Shown: one piece after another, positions 47,153 to 57,505 of the stretch
Numbering within the stretch: position 1 is the stretch's first letter
Layout of the letters: each line of letters opens with the position of its first letter
NCBI GenBank assembly: GCA_006226965.1
Contig: SBGQ01000018.1
Span: 605-64,604, forward strand
From: a bacterium
GTDB taxonomy: Bacteria; Bacteroidota; Rhodothermia; Balneolales; M1805
Direction of reading: 5' to 3'
Length of the DNA: 64,000 nucleotides
Position numbers and translations under genes: made by a program
Notes under the pieces: generated by a model
The model's database searches: none
The model's input: the letters and a program-made list of their open reading frames with translations, nothing else
Told to the model about the DNA's origin: nothing

Positions 47153-49501
47153 ATGCTTTCCGGTTATTTAAAAATATCTGTTCGAAATTTTAAGTTACAT
47201 CCAATAAATTTTTTCATAAATGTTTTCGGATTATCACTTGGTTTGTCTGCATTCATATTAATCATGTTATGGGTGCAAGACGAAAAATCTGTAAATCGCT
47301 TTTTGCCGGATATTCAAAGAGTGAGTCAAATACTGGAACATCAAACCTATTCCGATAATATTTTAACTACAAACTCAACGCCCGGGATTCTAGCCGAAGC
47401 GTTGATGGACGAAATACCTGAAATCGAATATGCAGCAGGTTTTTCTTGGTCAAACAGTCAGTTATTCAGCGTTGGCGATAAGCATCTGAAGTTTCAAAAC
47501 ATATTCGCAGGTAAATATTTTCTAAGCATTTATCAATTACCATTACTTGCCGGAACAGCAGAAGCGTCACTTGCTAACCCAAATGTAATTTCGATTTCAA
47601 AAGATGTAGCCTTAGCATTCTTTAATTCAGTTGATGAAGCTATTGGTAAAACGATTGTTGTTGAAAATCAAACGCCTTTTCAAGTTGCCGCGGTTTTCGA
47701 TCAGAAAAAAACAGGCACTTCTCTCACATTCGATGTGTTGACCCCCTTTTCTGTGTTTTTGGATGAGAACGGATGGGCACGCGAATGGGGAAATAATGGG
47801 CCCAGAACTATTGTGAAAATTGCGAATAACGTAGATTTAAACCATTTGAATCATAAAATCGGGGATTTCATCAAACAAAGAAACGATGGTTCTAATGTTG
47901 AATTATTTGCCTATCCATACGAGAAAATGTACTTATATGGTCGGTTTGTAAATGGTGTAGAGCAAGGCGGAAGAATTCAGTATGTACAATTATTTTCCAT
48001 TATCGCCATTTTTGTGTTGCTCATAGCGTGTATCAACTTTATGAATTTATCTACCGCACGATCAGTGAAGCGAGCTAGGGAAGTAGGAATTCGCAAAACA
48101 TTGGGAGCCAATAATCTATCTCTGATTGCACAGTTTTTATTGGAGTCGATAGTAATTGCTTTTATCGCTGGTTTAGTTTCTTTGGTGATGGTGTACATTT
48201 TACGTGAACCGTTCAACCAAATTACAGGAAAAGAAGTAGTATTAAACTGGTTAGACCCCAAATTGTGGGGTTTATTGTTGGGTACTTCAGCAATTACCGG
48301 GATTGTAGCCGGCTCTTACCCTGCATTTTATCTTTCTTCGTTTGAACCTGCTCGTGTGCTTAAAGGAAGTATTAAGTCTAAAGGAATTGAAGTCTTTGTT
48401 CGTAAAGGATTGGTAACGTTACAATTCGTTTTGTCCTTCATTTTAATTGTAAGCACACTTGTTGTGTATCAACAAATTGATTTTATACAGTCAAAGAAAT
48501 TAGGATTTAATAAGGAGCAACTGGTTTCTGTTACCTTAGATGGCAATTTGGGTACTCAATTCGATGTGTTTAAGCAACGTCTTTTGCAAAGTCCTGAAAT
48601 TGTTAGTGTCACCAGAACAAGTGCATCATTCACAGGGAGAAATTCGAATTTTGGAAATATTCGTCACTTAGATAAACGATATCAGATTTTAACGGAGAAC
48701 ATAAGAACGGATTACGATTTTATAGAAACAATGGGTATTAACCTGTTAGCGGGGCGTACATTCACACCGGATTTTCCTAATGATTCGAATCGGATTGTAG
48801 TTAACGAAGCATTGGCTAAAATGATTAGTGTCGAAAATCCGATTGGTGAAACCATTAATTTTTGGGGACGAGATTGGGAAATCATCGGTTTAATCAACGA
48901 CTTCCATTTTCAATCTATACACAATCAAATTGCGCCTACAGTTTTATTTCATTCACCAGAATCCACTTGGTCGTCAATGGTTCGGACAAAAGCAGGTTCA
49001 ACAAAAGAGGCATTAAATTACATTCAGGAAGTTGCGAAAGACATTAACCCTTTATATCCGGTTGATTATCGTTTCTTGGATGATTCCATTCAGCAGATGT
49101 ACAGAAGTGAACAGCGTGTAGGAAAGTTATCTTGGTATTTTTCGATTTTAGCCATTTTGATTTCGTGTTTAGGATTATTTGGACTTTCATCATTTACAGC
49201 GGAACAAAGAACCAAAGAAATCGGAATTCGAAAAGTGATGGGTGCTTCAGTTTCAAATCTGGTATTCTTGCTAACCAAAGAGTTTACCCTCATTATACTG
49301 ATTGCTATAATCGTTGCAACTCCGGTTGCATTGTATTTATTGAATGATTGGTTAAAAACCTTTGCTTTCACAAACGGATTGTCGGTAGTCGTATTTATTA
49401 TCGCTGCGGTTATTTCCTTGGTAATCGGTTGGTTAACCGTAAGTTATCAATCCTACAAAGCGGCAAGTTCCGACCCTATAAATAGCCTGCGCTACGAATA
49501 A
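47153..49501 (+). CDS. ABC transporter permease, FtsX/MacB-like (duplicated FtsX domains)
   Basis: The N-terminus MLSGYLKISVRNFKLHP is typical of these roughly 790-aa permeases. There are two FtsX-type 4-TM modules (RAREVGIRKTLGA and RTKEIGIRKVMGA). No ATPase gene is adjacent. Confidence 0.85.
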   Translation: MLSGYLKISVRNFKLHPINFFINVFGLSLGLSAFILIMLWVQDEKSVNRFLPDIQRVSQILEHQTYSDNILTTNSTPGILAEALMDEIPEIEYAAGFSWSNSQLFSVGDKHLKFQNIFAGKYFLSIYQLPLLAGTAEASLANPNVISISKDVALAFFNSVDEAIGKTIVVENQTPFQVAAVFDQKKTGTSLTFDVLTPFSVFLDENGWAREWGNNGPRTIVKIANNVDLNHLNHKIGDFIKQRNDGSNVELFAYPYEKMYLYGRFVNGVEQGGRIQYVQLFSIIAIFVLLIACINFMNLSTARSVKRAREVGIRKTLGANNLSLIAQFLLESIVIAFIAGLVSLVMVYILREPFNQITGKEVVLNWLDPKLWGLLLGTSAITGIVAGSYPAFYLSSFEPARVLKGSIKSKGIEVFVRKGLVTLQFVLSFILIVSTLVVYQQIDFIQSKKLGFNKEQLVSVTLDGNLGTQFDVFKQRLLQSPEIVSVTRTSASFTGRNSNFGNIRHLDKRYQILTENIRTDYDFIETMGINLLAGRTFTPDFPNDSNRIVVNEALAKMISVENPIGETINFWGRDWEIIGLINDFHFQSIHNQIAPTVLFHSPESTWSSMVRTKAGSTKEALNYIQEVAKDINPLYPVDYRFLDDSIQQMYRSEQRVGKLSWYFSILAILISCLGLFGLSSFTAEQRTKEIGIRKVMGASVSNLVFLLTKEFTLIILIAIIVATPVALYLLNDWLKTFAFTNGLSVVVFIIAAVISLVIGWLTVSYQSYKAASSDPINSLRYE

Positions 49502-49576
49502 GTGGTTAAAAAATAATTCACTATTGCTGATACAGGTTTAGTACCTTTGTGCGTCACGAAGCTCTGTACTATTCCT

Positions 49577-50392
49577 ATGGATTTTTTACCCCTACTCCTT
49601 ATCGGTCTTGTTGCCGGTTTTTTATCAGGACTTTTAGGTATTGGCGGAGGTTTAGTTTTTACTCCGATTTTATTTTACCTATTCACCAGTAACGGTATCG
49701 AAACTCCGGTTTCATTCACGATTGCAACGTCCTTGTTTTGCATTATTCTGGTATCTGCCTCAAGTACTTACAAACACATCAAACAAAAGAACTTCAATTT
49801 AAATGAGAGTATTTTTGTTGCTTTATTTGGGGTTTTAGGGACTACAATCGGAAAACAAATTACTACTTCCGGTTATTATTCTGAGCCGGTTTTCTCCGCA
49901 GTTTTTATGATGATATTGTTGTACACCGCGTATTCTTTTCTAGTAAAACAAGATGGGAATTCAGCATCTGGAAAGAGCCAAGAACTGCCAATAAAAGCGA
50001 AAGATGGTTTTATGGTCGGCGGTTTAGGCGGATTTGTTGCGGCTTTAGCCGGAGTTGGCGGCGGTATAATTATGGTACCTTTTTTGAATCTTCGCTATCA
50101 CAAACCATTTCACCAAACAGTTAGCATTACATCGTTTGCTATAATGATTATCTCACTCGCAGCGGTTTTTCAATTTGCTTTGTCTGATGTCGCGGTTTCC
50201 ACATTAAGTCCGTACTCGTTGGGTTATGTTGATTTTGGGGCAGCTTTTCCGCTCGCATTAGGAGGTATGATTACTGCAAATTACGGCGCAAAACTAAGCA
50301 CCAAGCTTAACAGAGTGTTGTTAAAACGTTTGTTTGCAATAATGGCCATTCTGGAAGCCATTCGTTTAGCGAGTGAATTTATTGTGAATTAA
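49577..50392 (+). CDS. TauE/SafE family sulfite/anion exporter (DUF81)
   Basis: Polytopic membrane protein with two GxxxGxxGxGGG-type motifs (GFLSGLLGIGGGLVFTP and AALAGVGGGIIMVP). Confidence 0.8.
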   Translation: MDFLPLLLIGLVAGFLSGLLGIGGGLVFTPILFYLFTSNGIETPVSFTIATSLFCIILVSASSTYKHIKQKNFNLNESIFVALFGVLGTTIGKQITTSGYYSEPVFSAVFMMILLYTAYSFLVKQDGNSASGKSQELPIKAKDGFMVGGLGGFVAALAGVGGGIIMVPFLNLRYHKPFHQTVSITSFAIMIISLAAVFQFALSDVAVSTLSPYSLGYVDFGAAFPLALGGMITANYGAKLSTKLNRVLLKRLFAIMAILEAIRLASEFIVN

Positions 50393-50438
50393 TTTCACTG
50401 TAATCCGGATTCATCGCCGATTTTATCATCCAGTTTCC

Positions 50439-51317
50439 ATGTTCTCTCGTATATTCTCGCGCCTGAAAAAACGAATTCTTCGACTTTTGAATATCAAAAC
50501 TTTCGACGATTATTTTATTCGCATTGAACCGTTTCAATCCCGTTTTGTGGAGCCAAGAAATGTGGACATCTTGTTACCGTCAGATTATTATTCATCCGGT
50601 GATAAGCGTTATCCGGTTATTTATATGCACGATGGTCAGAATTTGTTTGATGATTCGCTCTCGTTTTCAGGAACCTCTTGGGGAGTAGGGGAAACGGTTC
50701 ATCAATTATCAGAAAAAGGTGAAATTCCGAAAGTTATTGTAGTTGGGATTTGGAATACAGCAGCTCGATTGGGCGAATATATGCCGCAAAAGCCATTGGA
50801 AAAGACGGTTTCAAATATTAAAGATTGTTGGTTTACTCAGGCTTACGACACCCAAATAGTTTCAGACAACTATCTCAAATATATCGTTGAAGAAATCAAG
50901 CCCTATGTTGATGCGAATTACAAAACAGATTCCGGTCAGCATAAAACAGCGATAATGGGTTCCAGTATGGGTGGTCTAATTTCTATGTATGCCTTGTGTG
51001 AGTATCCGAATGTATTTAGATCTGCCGGTTGTTTATCTGCCAGCTGGACAATAGGTGGTGAACCTATGATGGATTACATGAAAAAACATGTTCCGCATCC
51101 CGGTAATTTCCGAGTGTATGTAGATTATGGAGTCGAAGAAAAAGTGGGTAACTACAAGCATTACATCAAAGAAATCAACCATTTGGCGAAAGATAAATCC
51201 TATCAAATGCAGAACAATTGGCTTGTAGCGCGATTTCCCGGAGAAGAACATTCGGAAGGCGCATGGAGAAATCGTTTAGATGTTCCCTTGAAATTTCTCC
51301 TTAAAGAATTGTTTTAA
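50439..51317 (+). CDS. Alpha/beta-hydrolase esterase (putative esterase / esterase D family)
   Basis: YPVIYMHDGQNLFD together with the nucleophile elbow GSSMGG. Confidence 0.7.
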   Translation: MFSRIFSRLKKRILRLLNIKTFDDYFIRIEPFQSRFVEPRNVDILLPSDYYSSGDKRYPVIYMHDGQNLFDDSLSFSGTSWGVGETVHQLSEKGEIPKVIVVGIWNTAARLGEYMPQKPLEKTVSNIKDCWFTQAYDTQIVSDNYLKYIVEEIKPYVDANYKTDSGQHKTAIMGSSMGGLISMYALCEYPNVFRSAGCLSASWTIGGEPMMDYMKKHVPHPGNFRVYVDYGVEEKVGNYKHYIKEINHLAKDKSYQMQNNWLVARFPGEEHSEGAWRNRLDVPLKFLLKELF

Positions 51318-51380
51318 TCCTTTTTCTTCTATTCATAACTAGTCCCGTATATTCATTGGGCGGATAACAAAACTAAGATT

Positions 51381-52196
51381 ATGAAATCAATTTTAATTGT
51401 AGGATGTGGTTGGTTTGGCTGGCCATTAGCTGAGTTTTTGGCTCAAAAAGGGTTTACAATTCACGGCTCAACAACAACAGAGGATAAAATACCTCTACTG
51501 AAAAAGAATAACATTCAGGCTTTTTTATTCAAATTGACTGATAGTCTTGAAGTAATTCCCGTTGATGCCTTAAAATCCGATTATCTCATTTTTAACATTC
51601 CGCCGGGTAACAATCAAGATAACGGGTATAATTTTAGTTTTGAAGTTCGTCGTTTAATTCAATACATCTGGCTCAAGAATCCCAAAATCAAAATTATATT
51701 TATTAGTTCTACCAGTGTACTCGATGGTCATTCAGGAGAAGTTGATGAAAATACGGCTTCAATCACAAAAGAAGGAAACGGAGCAGTTTTAGCCCATTTG
51801 GAACAGTGGTTGTTAAACATGCTTCCAAATTCAACCATAGTAAGATTCGCCGGATTATATGGGGAAGAAAGACATCCGGCTCATTATCTATCAGGGAAAG
51901 CAAATATTCGATACGGTTCAATGCCGGTGAATATGACTCATTTAGACGATGCTATTGGTGCAACTGTTCATGTATTAGCCCAACAAATTGAAGGTGAAAT
52001 ATTGCATGTTTGCGGAAGTGATCATCCGACAAGAAAAGAATATTATACAAAAGCTTGTGAGCGTTTAAATATTGACAAACCGCATTTTTCATCAGATGAT
52101 GAAAGCCCTGAAAACAAGGTAATTCTTAATCACAAACTCACCCAAAAATATAACTACAAGCTGATTCGTCCGTCTGTGTATATGGGTATTGTGTAA
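51381..52196 (+). CDS. NAD(P)-binding Rossmann-fold protein (atypical SDR / epimerase-like)
   Basis: The N-terminal ILIVGCGWFGWPLA is a dinucleotide-binding motif, and the protein is of SDR-like length. Confidence 0.6.
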   Translation: MKSILIVGCGWFGWPLAEFLAQKGFTIHGSTTTEDKIPLLKKNNIQAFLFKLTDSLEVIPVDALKSDYLIFNIPPGNNQDNGYNFSFEVRRLIQYIWLKNPKIKIIFISSTSVLDGHSGEVDENTASITKEGNGAVLAHLEQWLLNMLPNSTIVRFAGLYGEERHPAHYLSGKANIRYGSMPVNMTHLDDAIGATVHVLAQQIEGEILHVCGSDHPTRKEYYTKACERLNIDKPHFSSDDESPENKVILNHKLTQKYNYKLIRPSVYMGIV

Positions 52197-52267
52197 ACCA
52201 GTTTTAATAATTTGAAACAAAAATTTCTGTTAGATTGATAACCGTTCAACAAAGTAATTCAACCGTT

Positions 52268-53407
52268 ATGAAAACTCGCGCTCTGTTTCTAGTAGTTTTA
52301 GCTTTGGTTTGTGTATCTGTAACTGCACAACCTGTTTATTTTGATTTAGGTTTGCCGACATCTGAATCCATTGAATCTGAAAAAATGAGTTTTAAAACTC
52401 AAACTGTTGTTACAGGATTAGATGTGCCTTGGTCGATGGCATTTTTGCCAAACGGATCTATGTTAATTACCGAAAGAGCAGGGCGTTTACGTATTGTTGA
52501 AAACGGTGTTTTAAGAGAAGAACCCATTAAAAATGTTCCGGAAGTGTATGCAAAAGGTCAAGGCGGTTTACTTGATGTTGTGCTCCATCCTGATTATGAA
52601 AAAAATGGCTGGATTTATATTTCTCACTCCTATGCAACTGGAATGGTTGGCGGACATACCAAAATTATTCGTGCTAAGCTTAAAGATTATACCCTTACAA
52701 ATATAGAGACCATTTTTGAAGGTGGGCCAGGAACGGTTACGAGAGTGCATTTTGGCGGAAGAATGGTTTTAACTGAAGGCAAATTGTTTTTTTCTATCGG
52801 CGAGCGTGGTGAAATGAAAAACGCTCAAAATTTGGAAAATCACTCAGGTAAAATATTTCGTATTAATGATGATGGCAGTGTTCCAAAAGACAATCCATTT
52901 GTAAATACAAAAGGTGCTAAACCGGAGATATGGACATATGGTAATAGAAATCCGCAAGGTTTGGCATTAAACCCATTTACGAATGAATTGTGGGCTCATG
53001 AGCATGGTCCAAAAGGCGGTGATGAAGTAAACATCATCAAAAAAGGAAACAATTATGGTTGGCCATTAATTACGTATGGAATTAATTACAATGGCGAAAT
53101 TATTTCGGAAGACACGGCTAAAGCCGGTTTAACCCAACCTATTCATTATTGGAACCCTTCTATTGCGCCATCTGGTTTAGCGTTTTTGAAATCTGATAAA
53201 TACCCCGCATGGAATGGAAATGCAATGGTAGGTGCACTGGCATTTGCTTCATTGTACCGCTGTGAAATCACAAAAGATGACGTAGTTCATGTAGAACGCT
53301 TATTGGCAGGAGACGGTAGAATTCGTGATGTTCGATTAGCCCCCGACGGATATGTGTATATAGCCAATGAGACAAATGGAACAATAATCAGGATTTTACC
53401 TAATTGA
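52268..53407 (+). CDS. PQQ-dependent soluble sugar (glucose/sorbosone) dehydrogenase, YliI-like
   Basis: Signal peptide MKTRALFLVVLALVCVSVTAQ. LDVPWSMAFLPNGSMLITERAGRLRIV, GNRNPQG and NYGWP are family blocks. Confidence 0.85.
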   Translation: MKTRALFLVVLALVCVSVTAQPVYFDLGLPTSESIESEKMSFKTQTVVTGLDVPWSMAFLPNGSMLITERAGRLRIVENGVLREEPIKNVPEVYAKGQGGLLDVVLHPDYEKNGWIYISHSYATGMVGGHTKIIRAKLKDYTLTNIETIFEGGPGTVTRVHFGGRMVLTEGKLFFSIGERGEMKNAQNLENHSGKIFRINDDGSVPKDNPFVNTKGAKPEIWTYGNRNPQGLALNPFTNELWAHEHGPKGGDEVNIIKKGNNYGWPLITYGINYNGEIISEDTAKAGLTQPIHYWNPSIAPSGLAFLKSDKYPAWNGNAMVGALAFASLYRCEITKDDVVHVERLLAGDGRIRDVRLAPDGYVYIANETNGTIIRILPN

Positions 53408-53426
53408 TTGATTGATGGGACTCATA

Positions 53427-53996
53427 TTATCGTAATATGGTTATGCCTACAAGTAAACTGACAGAGTAACCGGATAGCCTTCCTGCCGGCAGATTTGAAA
53501 AACCATTCTGCGCTCTGAGCTGGATGTTAAATCGGAAATTATCTAATTGATTAAAGTCATATCCGGCACTAAATAGACTTCCGAAGCCCGGATAATAAGC
53601 GCTCTCGTTAGTGCCTGATGGTTTAACATCATAAAAAACGGGAGTATCTAAGTTTAGCCCGGCTCCCGCCGAAATCCATAAAGCGGGTTTAATCCAATAC
53701 TGATATGAAGCGAACAAACCCTCAAAGCCACGTTTTCTATTTCTGTCGGGGCCTTTATAAGCGTAAATTGAGCTGGAACCATTTAATACAAGAGCAGATT
53801 GTTGAGTTAAAAAATATCCAAGTTGCCAGTTATAGGCTAAGTCAAATTCAGATACGGATTGATGAGGGCTCTTTAGGTTGGAATATCCGGTTCCCATCGA
53901 GATAGAGAAGAGGATGCGATTAGCTGAAGATTTTTGCGCCTGGCTTATTGTTGTTGCACCGATAATACATATCAGTAAAAGAAAAACGTGTTTCAT
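53427..53996 (-). CDS. Putative outer-membrane beta-barrel protein
   Basis: 189 aa with a signal peptide. It shows an alternating amphipathic beta-strand pattern rich in G, Y and S. Confidence 0.45.
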   Translation of the reverse strand: MKHVFLLLICIIGATTISQAQKSSANRILFSISMGTGYSNLKSPHQSVSEFDLAYNWQLGYFLTQQSALVLNGSSSIYAYKGPDRNRKRGFEGLFASYQYWIKPALWISAGAGLNLDTPVFYDVKPSGTNESAYYPGFGSLFSAGYDFNQLDNFRFNIQLRAQNGFSNLPAGRLSGYSVSLLVGITILR

Positions 53997-54055
53997 GGGG
54001 GTGTATTATGTTTATATTTCCCCAAATATCCGGTTGTGGTAATCCAAAAAAATTA

Positions 54056-54682
54056 TCATTTGGTAATAAATGAACGGCCAATTTCTTTTCTGATGCGGCT
54101 TAAGCTCTGAGTTGTAATTCCTAAATAGGATGCAATGTGTTTTTGATGTACGGATTGAATTAAATCCGGTCGGTTTTTGATGAGGTCTAAATAGCGCTCT
54201 TTGGCTGTTTTAAGTAATAAATCAATTTGTTGTTGCTGCTTTTCTGCAAAAGAATGTTCTGCCGAAAGTAAAAAGAGCTGTTTCCCTATAGGTGTTTCTT
54301 TCAGTAGTTCGATGTTTTTTGCTGATATCCTGAATAAAGTGGACGGTTCAAGTGTCATGGTTTCAATTAGGGTTGCTTTTCCGGTAATCAAAGACATATA
54401 ATCCCCGAAGAAGTCATTTTTCGTCATGATATCAAGACAAATAAAATTAGGGTCTTTCCAAATGAATAACCCTGCACTTCCTTCAACTATAAAATAACCG
54501 TGTGTCTCAATAGTGTTATAGTGTTTTATTATTTCATTCTTTTTGTAGTGTACATAGTCGCCAAGTTCCTCGAAGTGTTTCCATACTTCAAGTTCCGTTT
54601 TGCTGTACTTCTCAAAGGCTTCTTGCAATTGGGTTTCAATCATATCACAGTGGGTTTGTCTGGGAAAAATAGAACCATTCAA
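54056..54682 (-). CDS. Crp/Fnr family transcriptional regulator
   Basis: It has a cNMP-binding-like beta-roll (FFGDYMSL) and a C-terminal HTH (HIASYLGITTQSLSRIRKE). The start may instead be Met13 (54646). Confidence 0.7.
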   Translation of the reverse strand: MNGSIFPRQTHCDMIETQLQEAFEKYSKTELEVWKHFEELGDYVHYKKNEIIKHYNTIETHGYFIVEGSAGLFIWKDPNFICLDIMTKNDFFGDYMSLITGKATLIETMTLEPSTLFRISAKNIELLKETPIGKQLFLLSAEHSFAEKQQQQIDLLLKTAKERYLDLIKNRPDLIQSVHQKHIASYLGITTQSLSRIRKEIGRSFITK

Positions 54683-54692
54683 CTAAATGAGT

Positions 54693-54712
54693 TTAAATGT
54701 CAACATTTAAAT
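54693..54712. promoter_or_regulatory. Perfect 20-bp palindrome TTTAAATGT-CA-ACATTTAAA (candidate operator)
   Basis: Read directly. It lies 11 to 47 nt upstream of the Crp/Fnr gene start, depending on the start chosen, within the divergent intergenic region. Confidence 0.3.
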
Positions 54713-54912
54713 TATAATAAATAGAGAGTTTAAAGGGTGTAACAAAACAAAAATTTGGATATGGTATTATACTAAATATGTTGCCATTGCGTATTCGATA
54801 TGATTACTTAGGCCTGCTAATTATTATCAGCCGCAAAAAGGGTTTATTTTTTTGAATCTTAGTGCCTGAAAAATCGTAGCTTTTCAGCTGAATAAATGCT
54901 TGGAGTTAGAAC

Positions 54913-57429
54913 TTGAAACAACGCTCATTTAATGCTTGGTACTACTTTGGTATAGTTGGTCTATTGGTGTTTGTACTTACTCGCCCGATTATCGACTTTA
55001 ATGCCAATAGCCCCGTTAGCGATACTCCACGCGTAATTGAAGATAAAGTTCGTTTTATTGCGGAAGAACTTGGAATAAACACCGATACCTTAGCAATTTT
55101 TGTACAGAGAGAACAGTCGGTTACTTTGTATAAAAATCTGAAAGATTCATTGAGTTATTTGCCTTCTCCTGCAACCTTGCAAAGTAAGGATATTCCCGTA
55201 ACCTATTGGGATATAAAATTGTACAGAAAAAATGTAAGGATGCCGTTTAACCCGGGAGAGAATTTAGATGAACTCTCCATATTTAATTTGAGCTTACAGG
55301 ATGACGGCAAAATTTTTCGCATAAAAAGTAATCAAAGGTATGCTGATGCCAGTTTTTATGAAGGAGATTCATTGCCGGAAATAAGTGAATCCATTGTTCA
55401 AAATGTGCTGGGATTCAGTTTGTCTAATTATACTTTAGATGCTCGAATAGACACCACAATTTTGACTGAAAGTGTTGAACAGGTTAGGCAATTAAATACG
55501 ACATCAAGCAAAATAAAAGAAGAACGTTTCAAATTTACATGGCGAAAGGTTGATTTATCACAAGCCGGTCCTTTAAAAATTTATGTTGAATTAAAGCCGG
55601 TTGTGCGAACAAATGAGTTTGGCACAATTAGACAGGGCGTTTCCATTCAATCTGTATCAACGGTTTATATTAATGAAATCATTGAGCAGCAACCATCTAA
55701 AGAGAACCCGATGGTTGAAGCATTCTATTTCTTCATTTCATTGTTGAGTTTAGTCGGATTGGTTGTAGCTGTTTCTGTTCGCCAAATTTTAAAGAATATG
55801 GTTGAATGGAAACGCGGATTCATCATGCTGTTTTTAGCAATTGTAATAATTGGCAGTTGGAGAACCTTTTATTATTTCCAATCTCAGTTTTGGATATTAA
55901 ACGGACCCGCATCAATAACATATTTATTCAATACACTTCTTTATGCATTATTGCTTGGAGTCTTTACGGCATTAGCATACATGGGATGGGATTCATTAGC
56001 TCGCCAACAAAAACATAAACAACTCCCGATTTTTGATGCAATTTGGCAAGGGAAACTGTTTTTTAAAGAAACAGGTATTGCCATTATTTATGGTTATACC
56101 ATTGCCGGTGTATTAGTGGGAGTGTTAGCGGTTGGGTTGTTGGGCTTAAATCTGAGCTTTCATCAATATAACAGCCAATTTGGTTATACAGAAGCGACGA
56201 GTGTTTTACCTGTTCTTACCGTACCACTGAACGCACTGGGCGTTAGCGTTTTTGGTTTAATTGCTCATTTTGGCTTAACAAGTGCTTTTTTTCAGGATGT
56301 ATTTAAAAAGCAATGGTTAAATGTGGCCTTTACATTTGTTTTTGCCTCGTTTTTCTTGAGTGGTGTTGGTCGCTTTTTTGGAACTGAAGGTTCTTTCTTC
56401 AATGATATGTTGCTCTACCTGTTGCTGATTATTCCCATTTACATGGCGTACAAGCAATTAGGTTTTTTTAGTGTGACTATAGCTTGGGGCGTTTTTGCCA
56501 TGATTGTGTTTATGAGTCCGTTTTTTAACACGAGTTCATCCAGCATTATTATTCAGTTTTTGATACTCACGGGAATTTTATTGCTTCCGCTCATTTTTGG
56601 GTTTATTGCCGCTAATTTTGGGGATTCTTTAGCAGATGAACGGGGTTACATTCCTGAGTATGAAGAAAAAATATCTCGTCAACTTCGTTTTGAAAAAGAG
56701 ATTGAAATTGCCAGAGAATCTCAATTTGAATTGCTTCCTGTAAATACCCCTGAATTGCCGGAAGCCATGATTTTTGGTTTTTTTATACCGTCATTCGAAG
56801 TAGGGGGTGATTATTATGATTATTTCCTCAAATATGATGAAGCCAAAAAGCCAAAGTCTTTAGCTATTACAGTTGTAGATGTTTCCGGAAAGGCTATGAA
56901 AGCCGCCATGCATGCCGTTCACACAAGCGGACTCATTTTATCCCGTTTTCCTACGGATACTCCTGAGCAAGTGCTTTCGATGATAAACCCGTTTATTCAT
57001 CAAAAAACAGATAAAAAAACGTTTATTACCGGAATAGCAGCTGAATATCAATTCGATTCAAAAATACTGAGTTTGGCAAATGCCGGACATTGCTTGCCTG
57101 TTTTAAAGCGTAATGGTAAAGCAACATTTATTGATACACCGGCTCCAAAGTTTCCGCTCGGTATCATTAAACAGGTTGATTACAAATCCGTTGATATTCA
57201 ATTACAAGCCGGAGATGTAGTTTTATTTTATTCTGATGGACTCCCGGAAGCACAGAACACTAAAGGGAAACGATTTGGATTCGATACGGTACTCAGCTTA
57301 ATGGAAGAAATTGATACAGAAACAGAAACCTCGGCTGGAATATGTCAGTACATTAAGCGAAAAGTTCAGCAGTTTAGTGCGTATCAAATGGCCGACGATA
57401 CTACTATCGTAGCTCTCAAAATTGTTTAA
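54913..57429 (+). CDS. Multi-pass membrane PP2C/SpoIIE-family protein phosphatase
   Basis: 838 aa with a TTG start. It has a periplasmic N-terminal region, about 10 TM segments and a C-terminal PP2C domain (GGDYYDY, VVDVSGKAM, FYSDGLPEA, DDTTIVALK). Confidence 0.85.
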   Translation: MKQRSFNAWYYFGIVGLLVFVLTRPIIDFNANSPVSDTPRVIEDKVRFIAEELGINTDTLAIFVQREQSVTLYKNLKDSLSYLPSPATLQSKDIPVTYWDIKLYRKNVRMPFNPGENLDELSIFNLSLQDDGKIFRIKSNQRYADASFYEGDSLPEISESIVQNVLGFSLSNYTLDARIDTTILTESVEQVRQLNTTSSKIKEERFKFTWRKVDLSQAGPLKIYVELKPVVRTNEFGTIRQGVSIQSVSTVYINEIIEQQPSKENPMVEAFYFFISLLSLVGLVVAVSVRQILKNMVEWKRGFIMLFLAIVIIGSWRTFYYFQSQFWILNGPASITYLFNTLLYALLLGVFTALAYMGWDSLARQQKHKQLPIFDAIWQGKLFFKETGIAIIYGYTIAGVLVGVLAVGLLGLNLSFHQYNSQFGYTEATSVLPVLTVPLNALGVSVFGLIAHFGLTSAFFQDVFKKQWLNVAFTFVFASFFLSGVGRFFGTEGSFFNDMLLYLLLIIPIYMAYKQLGFFSVTIAWGVFAMIVFMSPFFNTSSSSIIIQFLILTGILLLPLIFGFIAANFGDSLADERGYIPEYEEKISRQLRFEKEIEIARESQFELLPVNTPELPEAMIFGFFIPSFEVGGDYYDYFLKYDEAKKPKSLAITVVDVSGKAMKAAMHAVHTSGLILSRFPTDTPEQVLSMINPFIHQKTDKKTFITGIAAEYQFDSKILSLANAGHCLPVLKRNGKATFIDTPAPKFPLGIIKQVDYKSVDIQLQAGDVVLFYSDGLPEAQNTKGKRFGFDTVLSLMEEIDTETETSAGICQYIKRKVQQFSAYQMADDTTIVALKIV

Positions 57430-57505
57430 GAGCTTGTTGCTTTCAAGTAACTATCTCGTAATTGATGTATCTTAATTTTTAGGATATGTTTACTGCGGAG
57501 GTTTT

